A stretch of DNA of 64,000 nucleotides, from contig CP166615.1 in the NCBI GenBank assembly GCA_041937175.2, positions 1,088,001-1,152,000 on the forward strand. The letters are read 5' to 3'. Below are positions 32,405 to 42,222 of the stretch, one piece after another (positions within the stretch are counted from its first letter, which is position 1; every line of letters starts with the position of its first letter). A model generated the notes under the pieces. The model was given only the letters and a program-made list of their open reading frames with translations. It was not told the origin of the DNA and made no database searches. The translations under genes were made by a program, and so were the position numbers. This DNA comes from Limnothrix sp. BL-A-16 (GTDB lineage: Bacteria; Cyanobacteriota; Cyanobacteriia; CACIAM-69d).

Positions 32405-33637
32405 TTAATAGCTCTGGGCATTATCAATCAGAGTCTTAAGTTGTTCCTTGCTGTATGAGGTGCTTAAAAGTGGAATTAGACGATCAGGATCAAAGTATAC
32501 ATTGTGGGATTTGCATACATGAACGAGGCGATTAACCATTACAGCGTCTACCTTCTCTGACATTACTTGCTCAGATTCGGGTAAAACAGCAATTAGTATA
32601 GGCTCATCGTCTTGTTGCTGTAGTTGTTTCTGGCACACAAAACCCGCCTTATAAAGGATGTAGGTAACTGCTCGTAACTCTCCACGAGTCCTATTATGAC
32701 CAAGCAACTCAATTAAATATTCAAACTCTTCACTCCTTGTAAAACCATCTGGAAAGCGTATTTTTAGCTGATTTAAAGAGTTCCACAAGAAAGATGGCTC
32801 ACACGGTCTCCAACCACTTTTACGTAGGAAACGTCTATAAAGGTCAGTTGAAGGCTCTGCTAGAGTAGATTCTTTGCTATTATGATCAGATGGGTTTTCG
32901 TTTTGCTCTTTTCCTGCTTCTACTGCTTTTGCATACCAAACTTGTTTGACTTGATCTTGATACACTGTAACTATTTCAGGCGTACTCTGGAGGAACTTCA
33001 TAAATCCAGAAAATCCTAGATTTTGCTCGTCGAATGCTGAATCAAGTTCAAGCATTTCATTCTTTAATGCTGAGAGGCTAACACCATCTGGAAATTTATC
33101 AAGGACACGCTCTAGCAAGTCTAGTGCATCCTCACGTAGTTGGGTGGTTTTTAAGAAATTGGATGAACTATCGAGTGTAGATTCTTCATCAATATAAATA
33201 AATCGATTACAAGACTTTTTGACAGCTTCACTGAGAGCCGATCTTGGTCCAACACCTACTACAGATTTACCTAATTCTCTTAAGCGTCTAAATAGAGGTG
33301 AAAAATCAGAATCTCCCGTAGCAAGAACAACCCACTCTAAATCAGGGACACGGGCTAAATACTCCATGACATCAACGACAATTTGGATGTCAGCAGAGTT
33401 TTTACCTTTCACTGGATGATAAACATGGACAAATTCAAATCCGAGCAAATTTAGCTCTGGCTGGCGTACACTGACCGATTGAATACTAAAATCTCCGTAA
33501 GCTCGACGCACTACAACACGTCCTAACTCGTTGGCGCGCTCCAGAAGTGTTTCTCCTCCGTCTGCTTTTAACCAGCCTGATAAGTTCTCGACATCCAAGA
33601 AAATGGCAACTTTATCTGCTATTGCTTTATCCGTCAT
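32405..33637 (-). CDS. NYN-domain (PIN-fold) protein with OST-HTH/LOTUS domain
   Basis: AIFLDVEN, RRAYGDF, GKNSADIQI, ATGDSDFSPL; then LSALK...FDEQNLGFSGFMKFL (OST-HTH). Confidence 0.88.
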   Translation of the reverse strand: MTDKAIADKVAIFLDVENLSGWLKADGGETLLERANELGRVVVRRAYGDFSIQSVSVRQPELNLLGFEFVHVYHPVKGKNSADIQIVVDVMEYLARVPDLEWVVLATGDSDFSPLFRRLRELGKSVVGVGPRSALSEAVKKSCNRFIYIDEESTLDSSSNFLKTTQLREDALDLLERVLDKFPDGVSLSALKNEMLELDSAFDEQNLGFSGFMKFLQSTPEIVTVYQDQVKQVWYAKAVEAGKEQNENPSDHNSKESTLAEPSTDLYRRFLRKSGWRPCEPSFLWNSLNQLKIRFPDGFTRSEEFEYLIELLGHNRTRGELRAVTYILYKAGFVCQKQLQQQDDEPILIAVLPESEQVMSEKVDAVMVNRLVHVCKSHNVYFDPDRLIPLLSTSYSKEQLKTLIDNAQSY

Positions 33638-34151
33638 TGGTTGTTCTGTCAGGGTACTAGTAATCTAATTGCATAACATCAACAAACATACTAGTCGTGC
33701 TCACAGGAATTCTCTAAGATTTTCGCTGGTTACAGCATAGATGTTGATCACCGTCTCCAAAGATAGATTAAGGAAATAGAACCATGCCTTAGACACAATC
33801 TTCTTATCTAAGATCAATTTGAATGGAACTCAACAAGGACTGGACTAAGCGCCAGCGATCGCTAATTGGTAACTGTAGCGCCTGATTCTGCAATTCTAGT
33901 AGCGTCATCACCGCCCTCCCAATAACTCTCTATCAATTGTAATCAATTCTAGAGTGCTGCTGCCCTTGGTTCCAGTCGACCGACCAATCATCACCTCACA
34001 TCACCTGGTGGGGCCACAGCCCCCGAATGGCCAGTGCGGTGATCCCAAGGGCGATCGGTTAAACCTGAATAAGTCGCGATCGGGTGGCTTCCACAGAGTA
34101 GCGATTCCAAACGCGATCGAACTCACAAAGACCCGGGGGGGGGGAATTTTT

Positions 34152-35186
34152 ATGGATGGTCTCTACACGTTAGCCAACGATGTGGTTCTGGATCAGCTCA
34201 TCGCCTTTTTGAACAGCGTTGAAGCCAACGGCGGCCGCTTGCCTGATGGCAGTCCTTATCCGGTGCTGGTTTGTCCCTATGACCATCGGATCGATCGCCT
34301 AAGAACCGTCTTGGCCGACTGGCCCCATGTGCGGATTTTGGAAGATTGGGACTTAATGGCCCGCTGGGATCAGTTTTCCAAATCCGTCATTGAAGCCACC
34401 CCCCTGGCCTTGCAACTTTATGAGCAAGAACCGAACCTTTACGGGCGCACCATGGGTGGGCGACGGCGGTTGGCGGCCTTTGAGGGCCCGTTCGATCGAT
34501 TCATTTATCTGGATGCGGATACCTTAGTGCTCCAGCCCCTCGCGCCCCTGTTTGCGGCCTTGGAAACCGCCGATTGGGTCACCTACGATTTTCAGTACAA
34601 AGACCCGGCCCATGTGTATCGGGTGGCGAGTCCTTTGTTGAAATCGCTGTTTTCACCGGAGCAAATGCAGCAATCGCTGTTTTGTTCGGGGCTGTATGCC
34701 ACCAAGCGAGGCGTGCTGACACTCGATCGCTGCGATGAGTTGTTGAAACAGCTTCAGGCCGGCGAGTCAGATGTGCTCTATCCCCGATCGGCCGATCAGG
34801 CACTGTTGAACTATTTGGTGATGCGATCGAACCTCAAGGTTCATAACTGTGCGCACCATTGGCCCAAGGAACAGGTCACGGGCAATAGCGTCACTTCAAG
34901 ACATTTTGTGGAGCGATCGGGGCAAGTGTTCGATCGCGATCGCCCTCTGCTTTATTTGCACTATATCGGCCTATCGTCGTCCCTCTTTTCCAGGGTTTGC
35001 GCAGGTGAAAATATCACCTTCCCCTATCGCGACACCTTCTTGCACTACCGCTACCTCAAGCATCCGCAGCAGCGCCCCCGCTTGGTTGGTCGCCCCCGGG
35101 CCCATAATGCGCCTCCAAGTTTGTGGGAGCGGGCCCAACGGAAGTTTAAGCAGAAATTCAAGCAATGGATTCGCAAGTCTGCCTAG
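34152..35186 (+). CDS. Npun_R2821/R2822-family glycosyltransferase-like protein
   Basis: MDGLYTLANDVVLDQLIAFLNS, FIYLDAD (DxD), DQALLNY, YLHYIG. Start moved to ATG 34152. Confidence 0.8.
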   Translation: MDGLYTLANDVVLDQLIAFLNSVEANGGRLPDGSPYPVLVCPYDHRIDRLRTVLADWPHVRILEDWDLMARWDQFSKSVIEATPLALQLYEQEPNLYGRTMGGRRRLAAFEGPFDRFIYLDADTLVLQPLAPLFAALETADWVTYDFQYKDPAHVYRVASPLLKSLFSPEQMQQSLFCSGLYATKRGVLTLDRCDELLKQLQAGESDVLYPRSADQALLNYLVMRSNLKVHNCAHHWPKEQVTGNSVTSRHFVERSGQVFDRDRPLLYLHYIGLSSSLFSRVCAGENITFPYRDTFLHYRYLKHPQQRPRLVGRPRAHNAPPSLWERAQRKFKQKFKQWIRKSA

Positions 35187-35280
35187 TGCATTGTGGGGTT
35201 GATGAGCGGGGGTTAATGACAGGGTTGATGCACTGTTTCTCAACGGGTAAATGATCGCAATTGCCCAGTGAATTACCTCA

Positions 35281-36087
35281 TTAATCGTTTGGCAAATCGT
35301 TCGGCAAATCGTTCGGCAAATCGTTCGGCAAATTACTGGGTAAATCGCTAGGCAAATCATCCCGATCGCACAGCCAGAGGAATGCTTCCTGGGCCGCGGC
35401 CTGTTCCGCTAATTTGCGCGATCGACCGCGGCCTTGGCCCAAACAACGGCCATGGAACCAAACCTGGGCCTCAAAGCGCTGCACGTCCCCATGAACGGCG
35501 CTCAGTTCCCGCACTCGATATTCCGGCAAGGATTTGTAGCGCCCTTGGGTCCATTCCTGGAGGGCCGCCTTGTAGTTTTGGCGGGCCGGGTCGTTGCGCA
35601 CCTGGTGGGCGATCGCCCGAAAATGGTCATCGAGCCAAGGCCGCACCAAATCCAGCGATCGCACCGAAAGATACAAAGCCCCGATGGTTGCTTCCAGGGC
35701 ATCGGCCAAGCGCGATTGCCGCCCTTCCAGATCCCGGGCCGCGCTGCCGCCCATGATCAGGTAGCGCTCCAGATTATAGGTGTCGGCAATTCGCGCCAAC
35801 ATGCGATCGCTCACCAAAATGGCCCGCGCCGCCGCCATTTCGCCCACGGGCCAATCGGGATAGGTTTCCCACAGCAATTCGGCCGCCGCCGTCCGCACGA
35901 TCGCATCCCCCACAAATTCCAACTGTTCGTAGTTGGTTTGGGAATCCGCCGTGGGGTGAGTCAGGGCCCGATCGAGCAACACCCAATCAACATTTGCACC
36001 CTCATTCAACCCCATGCGCGATAACAGGGCTTCGAGATCCCGTTGTCGGCGGGGATAGCTTAGTACGGTTGATGCCAACGAACCCAT
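35281..36087 (-). CDS. rnc: Ribonuclease III
   Basis: NYEQLEFVGDA, ADALEA, dsRBD NYKAALQE...AEQAAA. C-terminal DLPN repeats. Confidence 0.95.
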   Translation of the reverse strand: MGSLASTVLSYPRRQRDLEALLSRMGLNEGANVDWVLLDRALTHPTADSQTNYEQLEFVGDAIVRTAAAELLWETYPDWPVGEMAAARAILVSDRMLARIADTYNLERYLIMGGSAARDLEGRQSRLADALEATIGALYLSVRSLDLVRPWLDDHFRAIAHQVRNDPARQNYKAALQEWTQGRYKSLPEYRVRELSAVHGDVQRFEAQVWFHGRCLGQGRGRSRKLAEQAAAQEAFLWLCDRDDLPSDLPSNLPNDLPNDLPNDLPND

Positions 36088-36113
36088 GAACGCTTCTGGA
36101 CAACAAATTAAAA

Positions 36114-36638
36114 GGAGAGGCAGGACGTAAGCCGGGTTCTGTCCTCAATTGGCCTCGGAGCACAGCAAGCCGCACGCCAAGGGCCAATCAATGGGCGGTT
36201 ATCTATCTGGGACGATCGTTACCGATCGCCTCAAGCGGTTCTCAAAGCGGGACAGGAAAAAGACCAACCCTCGTCCCTCACCTTGCTTCCGGCCGGGGTT
36301 TACCGAGCCAGCACCTCTCGATGCTGCTGGTGCGCTCTTACCGCACCTTTGCACCCTTACCGAGCCAGAGCCGTTAACAATTCAGTCACCGAAAACAATC
36401 TTCTGCCGCAGCAAAGTGGGACAGTTTGGGTGGGGAATTTTTAAGCGGCTCGGTGGCTCGGCGGTATTTTTCTGTGGCACTATCCTCACGATCGCTCGCA
36501 CTGGGCGTTACCCAGCAAGCCTGGTCTTTCGGAAGCCCGGACTTTCCTCAGATGACCACCGATCGTCCCTTGAACCAGCCAGAGCTAGCCCAAGCAAGAT
36601 CCGGCTGATCATCCGCAACCGCCTCGCCTACACTCTCC
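36114..36638 (-). ncRNA. rnpB: RNase P RNA (bacterial type A)
   Basis: Minus strand carries GAGGAAAGTCCGGG, AGTGCCACAGAAA, GGGTGCAAAGGTGCGGTAAGAGCGCACC and ACAGAACCCGGCTTA, plus P1 pairing GGAGAG/CTCTCC. Confidence 0.96.
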
Positions 36639-36884
36639 GTCTATCCAGTTTATCGCTTGGTCGCAAAACTGACTCGTGGCCCCGGATGAATGCCCGTCCC
36701 CCATGGATCTCGCACCCCCAAGGGCGATCGCCGTTGCCCCCAAACCGGTTCCCAAAGCCTTAGGCTAGGGCCGCGCTGATGGGCAAACCGTTACTCGACA
36801 ACGGCAAGCCACTCTCAGACTCAGTTACAATCGACTCGGATTCCAACGGATGCGCTGCGATCGCCTCCCGCGACCCCCTCGCCT

Positions 36885-37940
36885 ATGTTGTTTAACGCCA
36901 CGGAAATTCTGATTGATGCATTTGTCGATCGCCTCAAAGAGGGCTATCGGCGTACCTACGGCGGCTGGAAACCGGAGTACGAAGACATCATTGGCTGGGC
37001 CGGCAACATGGCCCTCGAAAACATTGCCAACAGTGACGCGCTTTACCACGACGTGGAACACACCATCCTGGTCACCCTGGTGGGCCAGGAAGTGATCCGG
37101 GGCAAACATATTCGCGAAGGGGGCGTGTCGCCAGAAGATTGGCTGCATTTCATCATCTCCCTGCTCTGTCACGACATTGGCTATGTCAAAGGGGTTTGTC
37201 GCCTGGACAATGGCCGCTACTACGCCACCGGACGCGGAGACGAGTTGGTGAAGCTGCGGCCGGGGGCTTCCGATGCCAGCCTCACGCCCTACCATGTCGA
37301 TCGCGCCAAAATGTTTATAAAGGAACGCTTTGGGGGGCACAAATTAATTGATTCCGAGGCGATCGAGCGCAACATTGAACTCACCCGCTTCCCGGTTCCC
37401 AAGGAAGAAGATCACCAAGACACCCTGAACTATCCAGGCATGGTGCGAGCTTCAGATTTAATTGGCCAATTGTCCGATCCGCGCTATCTGAATAAAATCA
37501 GCGCCCTTTATTACGAATTTGAAGAAACTGGCACCAATCAATATTTAGGCTATGCTCACCCGGGCGATCTGCGCAAAAACTATCCCAAATTCTATTGGAA
37601 TGGTGTTTTTCCCTATGTGAAAGATGCCTTGGAATATTTGCGCCTGACTCAGCAGGGCAAGCAAGTGATTGCAAATCTTTATTCCAATGTGTTTGTGGTG
37701 GAACATGAACCGGAAGATTCAGTGGTTCCGCCCGATGCCGGCGATCGCAAAGAGGATCAAAGCAGTCATCGCAGTGGCGATCGAACCCCTGACCGCAATC
37801 CTGACCGCAATGATGATTTAAATCAGAATTTGGATCATGCCTTGAATGGCGATCTCGCCGAGCTGAAACGAGAAGAACGCACTGAAGAAGCCCTAGAGGC
37901 GTTGAATAGTGCTGCAAAAATTCCGGTGATTCAAACCTAA
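36885..37940 (+). CDS. HD-domain metalloprotein (Npun_R2479 family)
   Basis: ALYHDVEHT, LCHDIGY, PYHVDR, RASDLIGQL. Confidence 0.88.
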   Translation: MLFNATEILIDAFVDRLKEGYRRTYGGWKPEYEDIIGWAGNMALENIANSDALYHDVEHTILVTLVGQEVIRGKHIREGGVSPEDWLHFIISLLCHDIGYVKGVCRLDNGRYYATGRGDELVKLRPGASDASLTPYHVDRAKMFIKERFGGHKLIDSEAIERNIELTRFPVPKEEDHQDTLNYPGMVRASDLIGQLSDPRYLNKISALYYEFEETGTNQYLGYAHPGDLRKNYPKFYWNGVFPYVKDALEYLRLTQQGKQVIANLYSNVFVVEHEPEDSVVPPDAGDRKEDQSSHRSGDRTPDRNPDRNDDLNQNLDHALNGDLAELKREERTEEALEALNSAAKIPVIQT

Positions 37941-38069
37941 GGCCAGGTCTGAAATAGGCCAAGAATTCCGGTTCCAATGGGTGGCGTAACTCCCTCGAAT
38001 CCGCTAGGACAATCAGGGTAGGATGGCCCCAATCGATCGCCCCCACAATAGCCCCAACAGAGGAGGTGA

Positions 38070-38321
38070 ATGGCAATGTTTGTCGGTACGCGCATATTCA
38101 TGGGTGTGGTGTCTTATCTGATCGTGTTGCAGTTGCTGTCACCGGCTTTGCAGGAATGCCCGGATGGCTCCTGCCTGTGGCGGCCGCTGTTGTGGGCTTC
38201 TGAATGCTGGCGGCCCAACAATTGCTATGCGCCCTGCGATGCCTATGAATACCGGAGCTGCGGCCCCACGGTGGTGACGGAGCGGCCCCAACCGGTGCGG
38301 CCGGTGATGGTGGGTAAATAG
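38070..38321 (+). CDS. Small exported or membrane-anchored Cys-rich protein
   Basis: Strong RBS AGGAGGTG, hydrophobic N-terminus, six Cys. Stop lies 17 bp before ruvA. Confidence 0.6.
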   Translation: MAMFVGTRIFMGVVSYLIVLQLLSPALQECPDGSCLWRPLLWASECWRPNNCYAPCDAYEYRSCGPTVVTERPQPVRPVMVGK

Positions 38322-38338
38322 GCGCGAATGAGGCGCAA

Positions 38339-38968
38339 ATGATTGGATCGTTGCGTGGGCAGGTTTTGGCCCTTCAGGTGCAGGGCAATCGGGCGATCGG
38401 GCTGTTGGATGTGGCGCAGGTGGGCTATGAAGTGCAACTGTTGCCCCGATCGGCTATGGAATGGGTCATTGGCGAAACGGTGCAGGTTTTTACCCATTTG
38501 CAACTGCGAGACGATCGATGGTTGTTGTTTGGGTTTGCCACGGTGGCGGAGCGGGATCTGTTTCGGCAACTGATTGCCGTGAATGGTGTGGGGCCACAGT
38601 TGGCGATCGCCCTGCTCGATCGCCTGGAATTACCGGTGCTGATCCAAGCGATCGTCAGCGGCAACGCCAACCTGCTGGCAAAAACCCCCGGCATTGGCCC
38701 CAAAACCGCCGGCCGAATTGCCCTTGAACTGAAAACCAAGTTGGCGGAATGGCGCGATCAGTCGGGGCTATCCACCACGCCCGCGGCCGGGCCGGTGGGG
38801 CTGGTGCGGGAAGATGTGGAAATGACCCTTTTGGCTTTGGGCTACAGCGATCGGGAGGTGACCCAAGCCCTGGAGACCGTGGGCCAGCAAACCGCCCTCA
38901 GCAAGGAAGGCGATCCGGAACGTTGGATTCGCGAGGCGATCGCCTGGCTGAGTCAATCGGCCCTTTGA
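38339..38968 (+). CDS. ruvA: Holliday junction branch migration protein RuvA
   Basis: MIGSLRG, VGYEV, LFGF...ERDLF, VNGVGP, PGIGPKTAGRIALELK, LLALGY. Confidence 0.97.
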   Translation: MIGSLRGQVLALQVQGNRAIGLLDVAQVGYEVQLLPRSAMEWVIGETVQVFTHLQLRDDRWLLFGFATVAERDLFRQLIAVNGVGPQLAIALLDRLELPVLIQAIVSGNANLLAKTPGIGPKTAGRIALELKTKLAEWRDQSGLSTTPAAGPVGLVREDVEMTLLALGYSDREVTQALETVGQQTALSKEGDPERWIREAIAWLSQSAL

Positions 38969-39123
38969 GGTATTTGAGGCGATCGGGTGGCGCGATCGAA
39001 GAATTCGATCATCCTGCCGCCCACAGTGCCCCCAAGGGGCAATTGGTTGATCAACCCATTCGCAAAGGCTAGGTTGGAGCAGTCTCCCCGATCGGGCAGA
39101 TTTCCACTCTTCCTCAGCCCCCC

Positions 39124-40551
39124 ATGAGCCATTCCGTCACCTACCTGGAGCTGTCAGAAGCCGACGGCGGATCCCACAAGTTTTATGAAGTCACGGTGCA
39201 AGACAACACCGTCAGCATCCGCTACGGGCGAATCGGGGATTCTGGACGGCTGCAAACCCAGGACTATCCCACCCCCGAAAAAGCCCAGGCCGCTGCCCAA
39301 AAAAAGATTCAAGAAAAACTGCGCAAGGGCTATGAACCCGCCGTGCAAGGGGGCCGGCCCAAGCGTTCCGTCACGCGCCGCCAGGTCACCAGCAGCCGTT
39401 CCACCGCTCGATCGGCCCCCGTTCTTTGGCAATTCAACTCCGGAGCTGCCGCCTTTGGCATTTTCATCGGCCCCACCGCCTGTTGGGTGGGCAATCAATC
39501 GGGGCAAGTGTTTGCCCTTGACCAGCAAGGCCAAGTTCTCAATCAATTTCAGCTACCCGACGGCGTGAAATGTTTGGTAGCCGATGACCTGTGGTTCTAT
39601 GCCGGGTGCGATGACGGCAATGTCTATGACTTGTCGGGAAAACTGCCGCGATTGGCCTATGAAATTGAAGAAAATATTGACATTTATTGGCTCGATATCT
39701 ATGACGGATGGCTAGGCGTTTCCGATCAAAATGGTCAGGTGGCGCTGTTTCACCCGGAAGAGGAAGAGCGCAATTGGACGAGGCTTTCCACGGGCCAAGC
39801 CGGTTGGATGGTGCGCTGCGACGACCAAGGAATCTATCACGGCCACAGCAATGGCATCACCTGCTATGACTTTTTGGAAGGGCGCGTGCAATGGCAACAA
39901 ACCACCAAAGGCTCTGTGCTATTTGGTTGGCAAGGGCGCTCCACGGTTTATGCAGGCACGAGCAGTAAATTGGTTTATGAATTCAGCAAACAGGGCGAAT
40001 TATTAACCCAATGCCAGTGCGATTCAGCGGTTTATTCTTGTGCGGCTGATGCGGAGGGGCAATATATTTTTGCGGGGGATAATTGCTCGTCAGTTTATTG
40101 CTTCGATCGCACTGGAACGCGGCTTTGGAAGTTAGCCAGCGGCTGTGGATCCGCCCTGTCGATGCAGTGGCATGATCACCGGCTGTATTTGGTGACGACC
40201 AATGGCTATTTGGCTTGTTTGGATGTGACTCCCGGGGCGATCGAGGCGGCCCAGCAGGGGCAAATTCCCGCACCGGCTGAAATTCTTGCACCCAAAGGGG
40301 AAGGCACGGCGGTTTCGGATGTGGTGGAACGGGTCAGCAGTCCCGGCGAAGGCATCGTGGTGCAATGTGTGCGCGATCGGGACAAGTTGCGAGTGCGAGT
40401 TCTGTCCCCCGGTTATCATTCCGATTGGAACGTGCAGTTTCCCCGCAATGTGCGCGAAGAGGGCGCTAAGTATGTGGTGAGCGAGTTGCGGGAATCGGCT
40501 CGGGGGCAGTTTTATCGCGTTTGCGGGGAAATTAAGCGGCTGGTGGACTAG
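39124..40551 (+). CDS. WGR-domain protein with beta-propeller and C-terminal domain
   Basis: SHKFYEV...IRYGRIG...KLRKGY (WGR) followed by PQQ/WD-like repeats. Confidence 0.85.
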   Translation: MSHSVTYLELSEADGGSHKFYEVTVQDNTVSIRYGRIGDSGRLQTQDYPTPEKAQAAAQKKIQEKLRKGYEPAVQGGRPKRSVTRRQVTSSRSTARSAPVLWQFNSGAAAFGIFIGPTACWVGNQSGQVFALDQQGQVLNQFQLPDGVKCLVADDLWFYAGCDDGNVYDLSGKLPRLAYEIEENIDIYWLDIYDGWLGVSDQNGQVALFHPEEEERNWTRLSTGQAGWMVRCDDQGIYHGHSNGITCYDFLEGRVQWQQTTKGSVLFGWQGRSTVYAGTSSKLVYEFSKQGELLTQCQCDSAVYSCAADAEGQYIFAGDNCSSVYCFDRTGTRLWKLASGCGSALSMQWHDHRLYLVTTNGYLACLDVTPGAIEAAQQGQIPAPAEILAPKGEGTAVSDVVERVSSPGEGIVVQCVRDRDKLRVRVLSPGYHSDWNVQFPRNVREEGAKYVVSELRESARGQFYRVCGEIKRLVD

Positions 40552-40566
40552 GAGCCGTGGCCTAAT

Positions 40567-40694
40567 GCCCCAAGTCCCTGTTCTGTCGCTGCAAAATCGT
40601 GAGGGGCAAGGGGCTTGGGGTCTGTCGTCAAATCGTCCAAAACCCTGACATTGCCGTTGCGAAGTCGTGAGGGACAAGGGGCTTAAGCCCCTTG
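40567..40694. repeat. Composite repeat: half palindromes, IS-like end GGGGTCTGTCGTCA, and full palindrome (40675-40694)
   Basis: Segment 40610-40685 aligns by eye with 62815-62890. Confidence 0.8.
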
Positions 40695-40872
40695 CCTAGG
40701 GCGATCGGGTTAAGAGCAGCAATCGATCCAGCGATAACTTAAGGGGCGATCGAGCCTTGGATCCAGACTTCAAAAAATGCGCCCTATGGGGGCTGAATTT
40801 TCTGATTTTGGATCGCTCGATCGCCCCTCAAAGGTCAATCTAATTAGCGATGCTGAGAGACGGAAAAAGCCC

Positions 40873-41139
40873 CTAGGCTTCGGCAGCAGCAGGATAAACA
40901 CTGACCTTTTTGCCGCTCTTGCCGCGACGCTCGAAGGTCACCACGCCATCCACCAAGGCGAACAGGGTGTCATCGTTGCCGCGACCCACGTTGTTGCCGG
41001 GGTGAACCTGAGTGCCCCGTTGACGCACCAGGATATTTCCAGCGCGGACGATCTGACCGCCGTAGCGCTTCACACCCAAGCGCTTGGAATTAGAGTCGCG
41101 ACCGTTACGAGTACTACCTGTCCCTTTTTTGTGAGCCAT
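40873..41139 (-). CDS. rpmA: 50S ribosomal protein L27
   Basis: [16 protein letters not shown]. Confidence 0.99.
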   Translation of the reverse strand: MAHKKGTGSTRNGRDSNSKRLGVKRYGGQIVRAGNILVRQRGTQVHPGNNVGRGNDDTLFALVDGVVTFERRGKSGKKVSVYPAAAEA

Positions 41140-41397
41140 GACGAGCTACCTCTAAAAACTTCGGTTGAATTTCGTTACTGTGGGGGTTACCGCTCGATCG
41201 CGCCCTGATCCATGTAACCACAGACGGGCTAATGGCAATCAACCAAGGCAGTCTCCGATCGAGGGAGGGTTGGCGAGTTGGGCAATACAGGTTTTCAGGA
41301 TCGGCTGTTGGTTTGGGCATCTGGGAGAACCCGTTGAGATGATTCACCTGAAATGCTTCACCAATGCCCGATCGCCCCCTTTGCCCAAGTCCCAAAT

Positions 41398-41736
41398 TTA
41401 CTCCGCCGCAACGGTCTTGCCACCGTAGGTGATCGACTCAATCACCAAGCGGGTCAATTCTTGGCGATGACCTTGCTTTTTGCGGGTTTTCTTTTTGGGG
41501 CGCATCTTATAAACAATAATCTTCCGGCCGCGGAAGTGACGCAGCACTTTGGCGGTGACGGTGGCCCCTTCGAGGGTGGGTGCGCCGATGTCGATCGTTT
41601 CGCCGTCGCGAACCAACAGAACGCGATCGAGCGTAACGGTTTCGTCTACGTCGGCGAACACGCGGTTCACGTCATAGAAACGACCCGGTTCGACACAAAG
41701 TTGTGTGCCGCTGGTTTCAACAATTGCGTAGGCCAT
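41398..41736 (-). CDS. rplU: 50S ribosomal protein L21
   Basis: MAYAIVETSG...KKKTRKKQGHRQ. Start at ATG 41736. Confidence 0.98.
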   Translation of the reverse strand: MAYAIVETSGTQLCVEPGRFYDVNRVFADVDETVTLDRVLLVRDGETIDIGAPTLEGATVTAKVLRHFRGRKIIVYKMRPKKKTRKKQGHRQELTRLVIESITYGGKTVAAE

Positions 41737-42222
41737 GAAAGTTCCGAAAATGAGGGTTGCCGTACGGGTAGCTGGCGCGGAGGCTGGCTTTTGCTCGACC
41801 CGATCCGAGCAAGATTGCAACGCGACTCGATCACAGCCGTTTCAAACAAGCGGGGCGATCGGGGGTCGCTAGGTCGTCGTTGGCTGACTAAGCGCCGATT
41901 TACCATCATCCCCAAGGCTTGGTGTTCTGTCAACTTGTTCTGTTAACCATTTGTTCTATTAGCCATGACTGAACTTAGGCATTGAACTTAGGCATTGAAC
42001 TCATGGCAGATCTGAGCGATCGGCCAATTTCTATTCCCCAATCCATGACCTGACCGGTTCGTGACTGCGCCATTCATGAACTCATCACCCTTCTCCCGAT
42101 TTCCCAGCGCCGGCCTTGATCGATGCTTCAGCGTTTCTCGCATTAGGATCTCCATTAGCATCGCGTCCGATCCAACCTCGATCGCTCCCCACTAGGCTCC
42201 CCAAGCAAGCGCCCAACGGATT

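Noticed and set aside
36149..36763. 204-aa plus-strand ORF
   Set aside because: Antisense shadow of rnpB.
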